From: Azolla caroliniana
Lineage: Eukaryota > Plantae > Polypodiophyta
Direction: 5' to 3'
DNA: 64,000 bases
Assembly: GCA_043228905.1 (NCBI GenBank)
Contig: JBHGNT010000129.1
Span: 1-64,000, forward strand
Shown here: positions 41,448 through 53,912 of the stretch, piece after piece
Position numbering within the stretch: the first letter of the stretch is position 1
Layout: each line of letters opens with the position of its first letter
Made by a program: the position numbers and the translations under genes
Notes under the pieces: generated by a model
Told to the model about the DNA's origin: nothing
The model's input: only the letters and a program-made list of their open reading frames with translations
The model's database searches: none

Positions 41448-42686
41448 TAGGAATCGGCAACGGGTCGGTTTAGGCTTAACCAGTTTGGTTTTATCCAAGC
41501 CAAATTGGTTAAGCCTAAACCATTTTGGGGTTCTCAAACCTGAACCAAACCAAACCGATCCTTAAATTGGTTTACCAACCGGTTTGGGATGAAAAAGCTT
41601 TAGAGGTGTGAAGAAACCCAAAACACACCAGCGTCACTTCTACTCTTCTCCTCCTCCTCATAACTTCCACCCCCTTGGCCTTACCACCGATGAGTTTGAA
41701 TTCAACTCCAAGTCCCACCTCCACAACTCCCTCTCCGTAGACTACTACAATTGGTTGGTTGACATCCACGAATCCCCTGCCTCCCACCACCCAAACCATG
41801 AGCCCCGAGGATATGGTGACCTTTCACTCTTGGTGATCCAATCCTTCTCCAAATTTGACATGTCCACCCACCCCCACCCTCATCTTCCTTTGTAGATTGC
41901 TACCACCCGACCCTTTTTGGACCTCAATACGTCCATTCTCAATTGCTATTGCCCATTCCTCAACCACCTTCAGGTCGAGCTCGCCGCTAGGTCCTAGGTC
42001 AAACTCAAGAGAGAATAACTAAAATTTCATCTATATGTATAGAAATAATGTATATAACAACCAACAATCGGCAACGGTTCGGTTTGAACCAAACTGAACT
42101 GTGAAACCACGGCTTAATGGTTTCAACGGTTTGGTTTGGTTTAGGTTTAGGTTTTTAAAAATGGTTCAGTTCGGTTTCATCTATATGTATAGAAATAATG
42201 TATATAACAACTAACAATTGGCAATGGTTCGGTTTGAACCAAACCGAACTGCGAAACCACGGCTTAACGGTTTCAACGGTTTGTTTTGGTTTAGGTTTAG
42301 GTTTTAAAAAATGGTTCGGTTCGGTTTCAATAGTTAGAAACCACGGTTTAAACGGTTTAACGTTTTTTATTTTTTATTTTTTATTTTAAAATTTTAAATA
42401 TTTGTTTTAAAACAATATTTTCATTTTTAGACCTTATTCTTACATTTTAGGAACATCTTTAAAAATTTAAAAATGAAATATTATAAATTTTAAAATTTTA
42501 AAATTTTAAAATTGACCTAAGTTGAAAACCGAAACCGTAGTTTTAATAGTTTAATGGTTTGAAAAAAAATTCAACGGTTTCATGGTTCGGTTCGGGTTTC
42601 AAAAATTTAGGTAGGCTCAAGCCGAGCCGAGCCGCCAAACCATTTAAACCCGGTTTAGGCTTGAACCGAGCCGTTGCCGATCCCTA
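41448..42686. mobile_element. hAT-type non-autonomous element with captured C-rich sequence and nested MITE pieces
   Basis: TIR TAGGAATCGGCAACGG / CCGTTGCCGATCCCTA. TSD attataat / attgtaat matches 7/8. Internal ~150-bp tandem duplication at ~42025-42330. Confidence 0.85.
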
Positions 42687-43082
42687 ATTGTAATAAAATA
42701 TCATACTATACATATTGCTTCCTTGTATTTAACCTTCCCCTTTTCTTTTGGTCTAAGTAAGCATAAAAGCACATAAACTTCTATGTCATCAAAGTAATAT
42801 CCGAGAAAAACAATTCTAAGAAAAGGATAAATATTATTTAAATGATTGTTTAACCAATGTATCAATATTTGTAGGTTTTTTATTCGAAAGCCTTCATAAT
42901 TTAAAGATATTTGTGTATTTGAATTTCAAAATGTAAAGAATGAAGCAAATAAATTCAAACACATTTTGTTTTCCCCGAAAATTTAGATAGTGTTTTGGAA
43001 CATGTTTTTCATTTTCTGCATTTAGTTTCTTTAAATTGTAACTATTTGTTATTCCCAAAACTAATGGGATTTTCCAAAAAGA

Positions 43083-43375
43083 AGCTACTTTCCCATTAGT
43101 TAGGAGATATTATTACAAAAAGACTATATAAGGTGGCTTATACATAAATCAAGGAATCATCCTCCAACCGAGTTCAAGAATATGAGACTACGCACATATC
43201 ATTTCAAACTGACTACTTAATGTAAGTAGGCACTTATAGCTATAAACTAGTGCCCTTCATCACCAGCCAGTACGAGCTAGATCATATGGCCTACAACGAA
43301 GGGAGGGTGGGAGGTGAGTAGGAAACTATCAGCGTGGGGTTTGGTAGCTCCACCTCGGGCCGTTTCCTCCTTGCA
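43083..43375. repeat. Unclassified dispersed repeat; second copy at ~52794-53087
   Basis: aagctacttttcccattagttagga...agcgtggggg..tggtag.tccacctc is shared by both copies. Confidence 0.8.
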
Positions 43376-44176
43376 TCACCATCGGCATGTTCCGCCATTT
43401 CTACCCAATAATTTTATGATTATCTTCAGGTATTAAATATGTCTTATGTGGTCGAAAAGATAACATTTGCATGCAACGTAAAAGTGAGTAGTGACTCTCG
43501 ATGCCCAAGAAATCAATTACTATCTGTCATAATGGAGACAACACATTGTGACTATGATAGTAATTCATGCAAGCATTGGGTTTGGTGGTTGAAGATGTGT
43601 AGAAAACATAATTGAACGTGATCAACGACAAAGCATAACATCAAAGTGTGATACTCAAACTCCAAAATTTGTTTAACAAGATGTGCATAGTCAACTATTG
43701 ATGTGTATGTATGGAGCACAAATCTCCACATTTTCCCCATGTCTGATACATTAGTGTTGCAAAAATGTTTCATTCACTAAGGAATCTATTGATGCATCAT
43801 GAAGCAAGCAAGGTTTGTTTGCATCCCATTTCCAAACCATTTTTTGATGTCTTGCATCCAATGGAATCACAATTTTGCTTTCACGGATCTTTTAGATACT
43901 TCCCATTAAATTCTATGAAGTTGATATGAGGGAGTTTTTTTAACATTAAGCATGTATTGAACAACCTGTTCCATAGCCATCATCTCAATGGAAAGTCAAT
44001 CTGTCTCAAGGAGGGTGTATGACACGTGTTTCCTCACTTAGAGAAACTTTGTAAGGAAATGCTTATGGACATTTTCAAACTCTGTCTACATGGGCTTAGG
44101 GACACTACCGCCCTATCATTCCACCCTATAAAGAAACATCAGTGTCACCAAACCATCCAAAAGGTATTTCATGTGT

Positions 44177-44241
<65 letters not shown>

Positions 44242-45949
44242 AAAAACAATAAGGATGATAGATTGTGGGAACATTTGCAAGGTATGGTGAAGTTATGATG
44301 GAAGATTGTATGAAGGATAATGCTAAACTTGCAAAGGAGTTTGCCTAAGGTGATATTGTAAGGATGTAGGTTGATACTTATGTTATGTTGAGTTCTTTTG
44401 ACAATTTCTTTGATAGAGTTGTCATCCTATTTTAGAAAGATACCCTTTTTTTCCATAAAAACTATACTCCATTGGTATTAAAATTAACAATGCCAAAGGC
44501 AATCTACAAAAAAGAGGAATTGCTGAACAAATTGCCTTTTTTTGTTGACGTTTCCTGCTTTGAGGCCATTAGAGGATTGTCAATATATATTGAAGAGGGA
44601 TTGTCCTACATTGCTAGGGGTGGAATATAAATATTGAACAATATGGCCATTTTTACAATCCAAAATCGAGAGAATGGGTAGGATTTTGGTGCCACCTAAT
44701 GCTAATTGCCAAAATCTTTTTAGAATGTTTATTCTTCAGAATAATCTAGTAAAGAGACCAAATTGTTTGCAAATTGGATGTCTTGGTATGTCTCCTATGT
44801 CCTTCAAACTTTCAAGACGTAGATTTGCATGGCATTGTTTTAGGAAATATTTTGGCCAAGAGTCCACAAAGAGGCAAATATATATATATATATAAGAGAA
44901 CGTAAAATGATGGAGAATAGCGACGATAGTCTAGGAGGAGCCAATACAAAATGATAAGGATTTAGAGGTGCCAATCATAGAGAAAATAAGGGGGCAAAGG
45001 GTAGTGAATAAGAGATTGAGAAATCATTAGAGTTGCATAGGCAATGTGCAAAGTTACTAGAAAGATGTAGATAAATAATAAGGATGGGAGGAATAAACCA
45101 AATGACAAAAATGGTTGGGGAAGCACACCACGATACCACAATTCCACACAGAAACACCCCATCAAATAGGTAGTTCCAGGTTCCAACATGACAAGGTAAA
45201 TAGTATTGGGCTTTTCAAGGGAAGTATAAGAAATGTCTTTACTTTTGAACCTTGATTCACAATTTGGAAGTAGAGAAGTTTTAAAAGGATTTCTTTTGCT
45301 ATGATTTCAATTGTTGGAAAAGTCAAGGAATCTTTCAAATGATGAGTGATAGTTATGTAAGGCGATAAATCACCATTTTCGTCATCATAATTGGTTTCCA
45401 GGTTGGGAGTGAGTTTTTAGTATTTATATCCTAGGCAAATCCAATGTTTGTTGTGAATTAGTCTCAATGGAGTGAATCCAAATTCCATGATTCAAAATTT
45501 GGGTGAAGAAATACTACAAGGTTAAAATGATTACTTTTGTGGCAATTTTCATAATTGTTAAAGTTGAGGAATCTTTCACGTGGAGAGCAACAATTATTTA
45601 AGATGGCATGTCATCGCGTTAATCATCTAAAGGGGTTTGTAGGTTGGGAGTGATTTCTTAGTATTTGGGTCCTAAATAAATCCAAACTTGTGTCTAGGTT
45701 GGGTAGATCCAAATTCCCTTGCTTCACAAGTGTGGATCTAAATTCGATAATTATGTAATTTCACAAGTGATCATGTTTGTCATCTAGATTGGGTTGTAGG
45801 TTGGGAGTGAGTTCATAGTATTTGAATCCTAGATAAATCCAACATTGATTGTAATGGATCCAAAAAGGAGAGAGACACATGTGTAGGGGTTTTAGACCTA
45901 TGTTTGATGAAATTCAATTATCTTTAGGGAATTTTCTCTCAAATTGGTC

Positions 45950-47030
45950 ACCTTCTTTTGAACGTGTTTGATTTGGATATTTTACTCCAGTTGATGTTAT
46001 GATAGGAGCAAAAGGAACGTCTCAATGAGACTGTTACTATTTGGACGTAAATGAGGAAGGAAGATTATGGCAAATTGATGTGGAATCATCAATTTGGCAA
46101 ACGACATTGCAACATCCGGTGAGAGTGATTGGTAAGTCTGGTAAAAGGTGGATTTTAGATCCTTCTCCTTTTGATAATATGTTGTTTTGCCAACTCTAGG
46201 TTTTAAAAAAAAATCATTCTTGGGCTTGCATTGGGATCCATCAGATTATCTTTGGAAACATACAAATCCTTCGTCTCAATATTCTGTGAAGTTGGGACAA
46301 AAGATGCTCTTAAGTAGGAAATTGCATCCGCCATCGCTATGAAAGTGTGGTTGGCGAATGGGGCCTCTTTAATGGATGCATCTAAATATTGGAAGTAGTT
46401 ATGGAGTATGCAAATTCCAAGGAAGATTGTCCTTTTTCATTGGTTACTGATCCATTATGCACTACTAGTTCGGGCTTGGTTACGAGAACTAGACAGTAAG
46501 TCATGTGGATTTGGTTGTGGATGTATGATGGAATCAATTAAGCATGTATTGTGGTCTTGTCCTAAAATGATGAAATTATGGCAAAGAGTATTAAGGTTGT
46601 TGATATTGATTGATACATGTTAATTGTGTGATCACTTGGGGTGCGAGTTAGGTGGGGCATTTTAGAGGGACAACTCTTGCTATATGAAAAGGAGGGATAT
46701 AGTGGAAGCCTTTCACATAGTTCCTCCTCATATACAAATGGTTCAACCTTTTATAAGTGATAGTTTGCAATTTAGGTATAATATTATCTTGAAGACAATT
46801 TCATCTATTCTGATGTGGGTAATTTGGAAGGCATGATGCACATTAGTTTTTGACAATGCCACTCAGGATGTTTTTGTTATAATTGCCGAATTCTGGTTGC
46901 TACTTGTTCATACATTACGTGGTCAGTATGAAAGTTTTACAAGCAATGTTGATGCCATTTTCAGGAAGCAAACACATTTTAAAAGGTTATGGGACTCTGC
47001 TCATTTTTAGGGATGATGCAGATATGCTCA
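45950..47030 (+). pseudogene. LINE (L1-type) ORF2 C-terminal remnant with zf-RVT
   Basis: IPRKIVLFHWLLIH...CGFGCG..ESIKHVLWSC and W.IWKAR motifs, with stops. Confidence 0.75.
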
Positions 47031-48769
47031 TTTTGGAAAACAATGTCTACTAACTTTGTTTATGGACACTCTGTTGTTACAGATTTTGGTGGTATAGGTT
47101 ACATTGCATGCTCAATTGCAGTTTGGGAGGAGTAGACCATACAAATCTTGGAGATATGGTGTACAAATATGTGTAGTTCCGGTATATACACATCAAATCG
47201 GCTATGATGCGAGCACAATGGAGTCGGTTGGTATTCTCCTTTATCCAACACAACTTTTATATTGCTTCTAATTTTATAATACCAAGGCATATCTCTTTCT
47301 TTCTTTCTTTTTAAAAGGTTATGAGCACAAGCATTTGTAAACAATACGCTTCGCTAACACTTTTCTTCTTAGAAATGGCTTTTAGTCAATATCCATAAAC
47401 TAAGATTGAAAAAAATTAGATTTTTGAGTTAAGCACTAAGGTGTCATTGTTGACATCTTCATAGGATTGATATCTATTGCCTATTAAGCCCGAATCTACA
47501 TGTGAAGTTTTCGCAGTATACGAGGAAGTGTTTTATAGCTCATGACTACAACTCAACTTTAGAGATTAGGCACACTATGGATCTTTTTATCAAGGGGATT
47601 CGTACTAATTAAACCACCCAACAATTAGATGTTCCCAATTCATCTTAATGTGATTAATCTTCCAAACAGATATTGTGCCTAATCAAATTATTTGCTGATA
47701 TGGAACTATGGATGTCACCACATTCATAGGCAAAGATGTATTTGCATGCAACTTCTTGATGGCAGTTATTCATGTCAAAGATTTGCAACTTTGTTTGTAA
47801 TCATTCACATTCTAATGATTATGTTGTACATTTTGGAAGTGGTGGATAAAAACTATATGGGTTATGTGGACCAAGGGTAATGATCGATGGTGTCTATGTT
47901 TGGCTAAGAGAGGCAACCAACTTGTTTGTAGGTTTGGACTTTTTTGGAAATCTATCAAAAGACCTAGTGAATTGTCATTGGAGAACAAAACAAACATTAG
48001 TGTTGCATGTGAAAGGTTTACCGAATCATCTCAATGAGGATTCAAACATTCAACTTCTTCATATCCACATATGAGCATTTAAAGACACATTAATTTATCC
48101 TAATGTATCGTCTTTTAAGCCCAAAAACATGTAGAGGATGACGTGTAGGTGATGTTGGCCTTTGTCCGAATTGTGGGATTTGATCTTATCATTTGAGATA
48201 TAGAGCTTTATAGTATCATTCCTATTTCCGCTAATGTTGATTAGGCATAATTAGAGTTTCAACTTTGACCTTGGCATCATCTCCGTAAGCAATGAAAGAG
48301 ATAACTTCAAAAAGCTTGCATTATAGAATTCTCTATTTTTTGAAAGTGCAAATCCTATGCAAGGCTAACAATCATAATTGTTATGTCCATGCAATTTATA
48401 AACGACTAGCACATTACCTGTACAAATATAAACATAAAGCTTTTAGGTTACCAAAGCATTGTGGATCACTATTTTTGTTGTTCAACTTTAATGGCTTATT
48501 TATTGGGTTGCCTAATCAACTGTCTTCACCATCCTACAACTAGCCTAATGACCCAATTACTTGGATTCGATAAGAAGTAGTGCCCTTATTACCGTACTCT
48601 TCCATTTATTTGTGAATACAAGTTAAATGCATAACTAACAAGAAGGAAATGTGAATACATTGACATACATTATGTGGAAACTAGGTGCCCATTTAAGGAT
48701 AAAGTCAACTGCATGCAAATGCCCACCATTTAACGGCAAACAGAATATCATGGGGGTAATTTGGAATAA

Positions 48770-48952
48770 GTGGTTCAACCTTTTATAAGTGGTAGTTTGC
48801 AATTTAGGGATGATATTATATGGAAGACAATTTCATCTATTTTGATGTGGGTAATTTGGAAAGTGCGATGCACATCAATATTTGATCATGTCACTCAGGA
48901 TGTTGTTGTTATAATCGCTAAATTCTGGTTGTTACTTGTTCATACATTGCGT
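48770..48952 (+). pseudogene. Second LINE 3' fragment, paralogous to 46740-46920, cut by an LTR insertion
   Basis: Near-identical sequence up to ...HTLR, then TGTCGTAA begins. Confidence 0.8.
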
Positions 48953-49608
48953 TGTCGTAAAGAAAACCGGCCATAGGCGGAATCGAAGAAAAAGGTGCAT
49001 GAACCGGCTCTTACACGGGTGGACGCGAGGATTGATATATTGTACATAATTCGTAATTAGGGCAACTGGTGTAAATACTAGGTAGCACATTTATTAGGGG
49101 ATTTTGTGCGTATCTCTGTCGACAGGTACAGGGAATAAAGCAGTTTGGCTAAGGAAAAGGGGGGAACTATTTAAGGAGGGAGAGGAGGAAGGAACAGGTA
49201 TCGCGCGCTAGGGAGGACAAAGTGCTGCTGCAGATCTGAGTGCCGAGCTCTCTCTTCTCCTCCGACCGTCGGTCTTTGTGAATCAGAAGCTCGTTGCCTC
49301 TGCTTCGTGGACAACCCGTGCGCTTCCAGCAGAGGCTCTCCCCCTTTTGTTTGTTTCTGGGAGTCGAGCGAGTGCTGTCTGTGTGTGAGTAGGATCCCCA
49401 TGTCGGGCCCATCGCCGCCTTGCTGGTTGTAACCGTCAAAGTCGTATTCTCTTGTTATTGTATTCTCATGTGTTGTCTGTGTGTGTGAGTAGGATCCCCA
49501 TGTCGGGCCCATCGCCGCCTTGCCGGTTGTAACCATCAAAGTCGTATTCTCTTGTTATTGTATTCTCTTGTCATGGTAAACTCTTGTTATTGAAATCGAG
49601 TGTTACGT
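48953..49608 (+). mobile_element. Gypsy LTR (A), interrupted; contains a ~100-bp tandem duplication (~49377-49567)
   Basis: The start TGTCGTAAAGAAAACCG..C...GCGGAATCG resembles the LTRs at 52205 and 60124(rc). Confidence 0.75.
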
Positions 49609-51723
49609 TGTCGTGATGTGGCATGTCTAGTGCGAGAAAAAGTCAAAAATTGAGGATCCACACACATTTCACAAATACTTGTAAAAATGAAAATAAATAA
49701 ACCTAGGTCACAATGGCATTGAGTGCATGTAGAAGGTTGCAAGTAAGATTTGAACCTTGCACCTCTAAGATAAGAGGCAATTACCGTACCACTAAAGCTA
49801 CTACTAAGTGTTTTAGATGTTCTATATTTCTTTCTCATATTCAATATTCCATAGGAAACAAATGTACAAAACCGTGTACACAAAACCACGGTTTTAAGCC
49901 CATGGTTTTCTACATGTCACAAAGCAAAACTGTGTGCACAGAAACCATGGCTCCAAGCCCATGGTTTTGTGCATGGACAAACCTATATAACCCCTAGTAC
50001 GGCTTGTGTAAAGGGGGGGGCTCAATATAATATGACCATCATCATCACCATCAATAATATAAGCTTCTATTTCTTCTTCTACGCATCTATCTTGTAATTA
50101 TTTATCTACTTCTGAAAGTGTACAATCTTCAATCTTCTCAAGTGTAATAGGTCTTCCTCCAATCTTACATTCACATCGTCCTCTTCTCAATACCTTGACG
50201 GACATCCTCCTTGGTCCAAGACCCCGGTGGTCCCGCTCAAGCAAAGCACGCTTGCACGCGCATCTTCACGACATTTTTGGTGAACCCGACGTGAAGAGCG
50301 GTAGGGGAGGATGAAGCTAGACGAGGAATATCTAATGAAGGCAATGTCAAAGATGATGATGGAGTTTTCAAGAGAAGGGAAAACACGACATGCGGCCCAA
50401 CAAGCCGTCGAAAGCATGATGAAGCGAGTTGGGGTTTTCGATGGAGGCAAAGTCCAAAAATTTCTAAAGGCCTACAATGCCGAAATGGATTCAAGAGGAG
50501 TGGAGGAAGCAATGAGGCTGGAGTACTTTTGTCGAGTGGTGGCCGAACCGATCTTCGAAGAGATTAAAGAGATTCAAAAAACTCACGTTTCGTGGGTGTC
50601 CTTCAAAGAAGCTTTATGAGAATCATATGGTTACGAAGAGCAAAAGGGACGAGGTCTGTATGAGTTTCACGAATGGGTGTCATCGAGAAAGACCCACCAC
50701 AGTGCTATGCATGCATTCGTTGAGTTTGAGTATCGCTTCACTCAACTCTCGGACCAGGATCGAAGATTGGTGGGGGTGAATAAAGTTCTAATGTTTGTAA
50801 AGTCAATCGATCGGAATGAAAGGAAGGCCATTGGAATCCAACTCGAGGATGACAATGGTGAAAATGGCCTCACTGAGGATTGGGCCAAAGTGGAAAGGGT
50901 ATGCCGACAACACAATAAGAGGGAGATGAGATTCTCATCGACAACAACATGACCCACAAGGGATATTCAAAGGAGAATGGGATGTGGCAATAAAAACCCA
51001 CCGAAGGAAGAAAGCTCGAAGAGGGAAGCTTCGACAGAACTCAACATAGAAGCCTTGATGAGAGAGGCATTCATGAACTTAAAGGCGCAAGTCGAGGTTG
51101 AAGAGAAGCTGAAAACAAAACCGAGGAAAATGGTGATCGACGAAGAGGAGACCTCCCGACAAATGCAGACTAATGATGCGGCCAATACGAAGGCCCAGGT
51201 TCGGTATGACAGTACCATGGGAGAAGGTGTGAAACAAACCACCTTCTCGACTTATGGAGGAATGACGGTCGAGAGAAGGGCCGAAGACTCGAGAGCGGGA
51301 AATGTTGCTTTAAGAGTGGACGAGCATTTCGGAACACATGCTGTGTCCGAAATATCGAGTAATGAAGGTGCAAGCATGAGGGAAGCTTGCTGGATCAAGG
51401 GATGTAAAGAGTGCGAGGTCGACGTGATTGAGGCGGTAGCCACGAGGAACGAAATCGAGTCGCAGATGGCTAAGGAAGAGTCCACGACGAATGACCGTGT
51501 CGAGACTTTCCCAACACTTGATCTAGAGACTTGGGCAGTTGCGTCCGAGAGCCAACATGAGACCCAAGCGACGGAAAGTGGTGGGGAAGAAAATATTGAA
51601 GACAATGCGAATAACAACATTGAGCGAAAGATGGCTACGGATGAGAAGACGGTGATCGATGGTGTCGACGTTCTCCCCACAATTGTTCCTGAGACTTCGG
51701 CAGTTGTGCGCGAGTGTCAACGT
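49609..51723 (+). mobile_element. Gypsy-type element (B): 5' LTR 49609-50273, tRNA-Trp PBS 50278-50295, gag-like frame 50311-51723; right part missing
   Basis: TGTCGTGA...TCACGACA ends and PBS TGGTGAACCCGACGTGAA. Gag aligns by eye to the gag at 58900-59450. Three listed ORFs share one frame, split by two TGA codons. Confidence 0.85.
49690..49805 (-). other. tRNA-derived SINE-like / Pol III promoter cassette inside LTR B
   Basis: On the minus strand, A-box-like TAGCTTTAGTGG (49800-49789) and B-box GGTTCAAATC (49756-49747) at tRNA spacing are followed by a T-rich tail. No acceptor stem. Confidence 0.55.
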
Positions 51724-52204
51724 TGTCGTGAAGATTTTCGGCAATAGTGTGAAAATCCCATAAAACATACGAAATCGAGTATGAATCACATAATACAATA
51801 ACATTTTTAATATCTAAGTACAAATTGATGGAGGTTTCGAATGCACTTTATTACACGAGAAATGGACAACTAAATGTCAAGATATGAGGGTATAAAGTTT
51901 GTGAAAAGAAAAGAGAAAATTGTGAGATATCCTACATAGGCACGACAAATACGGCTCTCATCATATATAAGGTGGAGCAAAAGATATTATCTTTGTGTCT
52001 ATGTGTGGAGCATAGAGAGTTCAAGGTAACTTGAACTAAGAGTGGAGGTGGGCTAGCTACTCGTAAAGGGTTTTGGCCAACCAAAACCGAACCGGCGATG
52101 GAGACGGAGAACCGACGGCATCCGGCAACGGCACTGGCATCCGGTGACGGCAACCGACGGCATCCGGCGAGGCACCGGTAACCGACGGCATCCGGTGACG
52201 GCGT
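51724..52204 (+). mobile_element. Gypsy LTR (C) 5' portion, interrupted within a CpG-rich tandem array
   Basis: TGTCGTGAAGATTTTCGGC start, similar to 53088 and 33207. CCGACGGCATCCGG repeats at ~52112-52200. Confidence 0.65.
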
Positions 52205-52672
52205 TGTCGTGAAGAAAACCGTCCACAAGCGGAATCGGTGCACAGGAGCGTAGGAACCGGCTCTTCATACACGTGCGCCTTATGTTGTACATAGAAGATC
52301 CTCGGTAGGTAGGAAGTTAATAGGAAACGGCTCCTTCCTTGCCTATAAAAGGAGGGAGACAAGGAGGGGAGAGGGGATCGAAAAGTAAGGGAGGACGAAG
52401 TGCTGTTGGATTGTGGGCCGAAGGCTTCTCTCTCTTCCAAACTCCATAGCTTCTTTCTGTGCAGGTTTCGGGAGGTTCGCGCTGCTCTGAGGAATGCCCG
52501 AGTGCTTCCGGCAGCACCTCCAACCTACTTCTTCCTTTCTGTACGTTTACGAACAGGCATCGGCATCTGTTCGCCGGCCTGTTCGGTTGTAACCGACTTC
52601 GTGCCTGTTGTTTGTCTTGTTTATATATATTTCTACATACATTCGTGTCTCTCTGTGTCGCTGTCGCTCTCT
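52205..52672 (+). mobile_element. Truncated LTR (D), same family as the LTRs of element F but in opposite orientation
   Basis: Reverse-complement similarity to 53350-53839. Confidence 0.85.
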
Positions 52673-53912
52673 CATCAGCATGGAGGCTGCAAATAAGTAT
52701 TAAATCGAAAATGTTTTTAGGTCCCTTTCTCCTCATGAATGGATGGATGAATTTATGGTTAGCATTAGCTTCTTCTTTTTGTTTTCCAAAATAAAGCTAC
52801 TTTCCCATTAGTTAGGAAGCATTATTAAAAGGAGACTATACAAGGAAGCTTATACACAAAATGGGAAATCTCCCTCCGATCAAGATCAAGAAAATGAGAC
52901 TACTTACATAGTTTTCCAAACCGACTACCTAAAGTAAGTAGATACTTATACCTAAAAGCAATGGCCTTTAGTGACGGTCAGAATCAACTGACTCTCGGGG
53001 CCTACAAAGAAGGGAGGAAGGCATGAAAGAAGGAAACAACTAGCGTGGGGGCTGGTAGTTCCACCTCAGTCCACTTTCTCCTAGCGATGTCGTGAAGAAT
53101 TTCGGCCGAAGGCGGAAACCGGGAAATATTGTCTACATCGACGGGGTGCAACATGTGCGCTCACCCTTGTACATTTAGTGTGAATAACGAGGGCGCTTTT
53201 ATGACATTGTCGAGGTATTCCTCGCGGATGCGTGGAATGAGGCGGAACCTCGGGGGTCCTGTACCAAAGAGCGAGAGAGGAAGGGGAAGAAAGCCTCTAC
53301 GTGCGAGCGTAGATCCACAGGGACACGGCCCTTCGACGCAAAGACGCAAGTGGGACAGCGACACAGAAAGACACGAATGTATGTATGTATTAACAAAGAC
53401 AAACAACAAGAACACGAAGACAACAAAACACGAAGTCGGTTACAACTGAACAGGCCGGCGAACAGATGCCGATACCTATTCGTAAACGCACAGAAAGACA
53501 GGAACAGGTTGGAGGTGCTGCCGGAAGCACTCGGGCATTCCTCAGAGCAGCGCGAGCCTCCCGAAACCTGCACAGAAGGAAGCTATGGAGTTTGCGAACC
53601 AGAGAGAGAGAGAGAGAAGCCTTCACACGCAAACCGACAGCACTTCGTCCTTGACTCTCCGCGATCCCCCCCCCCTTCTCGTCTCCCTCCTTTTTATAGG
53701 CAAGGAAGGAGCCATTTCCCCTTTACTTCCGACCCACTAAATCTACCCGCCTAGGATCTTCTATGGACAACATTCGAGAAGAGCCGGTTCGTACGCTCCT
53801 GTGCACCGATTCTGCTTGTGGACGGTTTTCTTCACGACATCCGCCCCCACCTAACCGCGCATCCACCGGCATGCGCCAAATTGAGTCGGGCCGGAGAAAA
53901 CCGGTCCAGCCT

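Noticed and set aside
49735-49805. Functional tRNA gene
   Set aside because: It has A/B boxes but no acceptor stem or canonical anticodon loop, so it is kept only as a SINE-like cassette.
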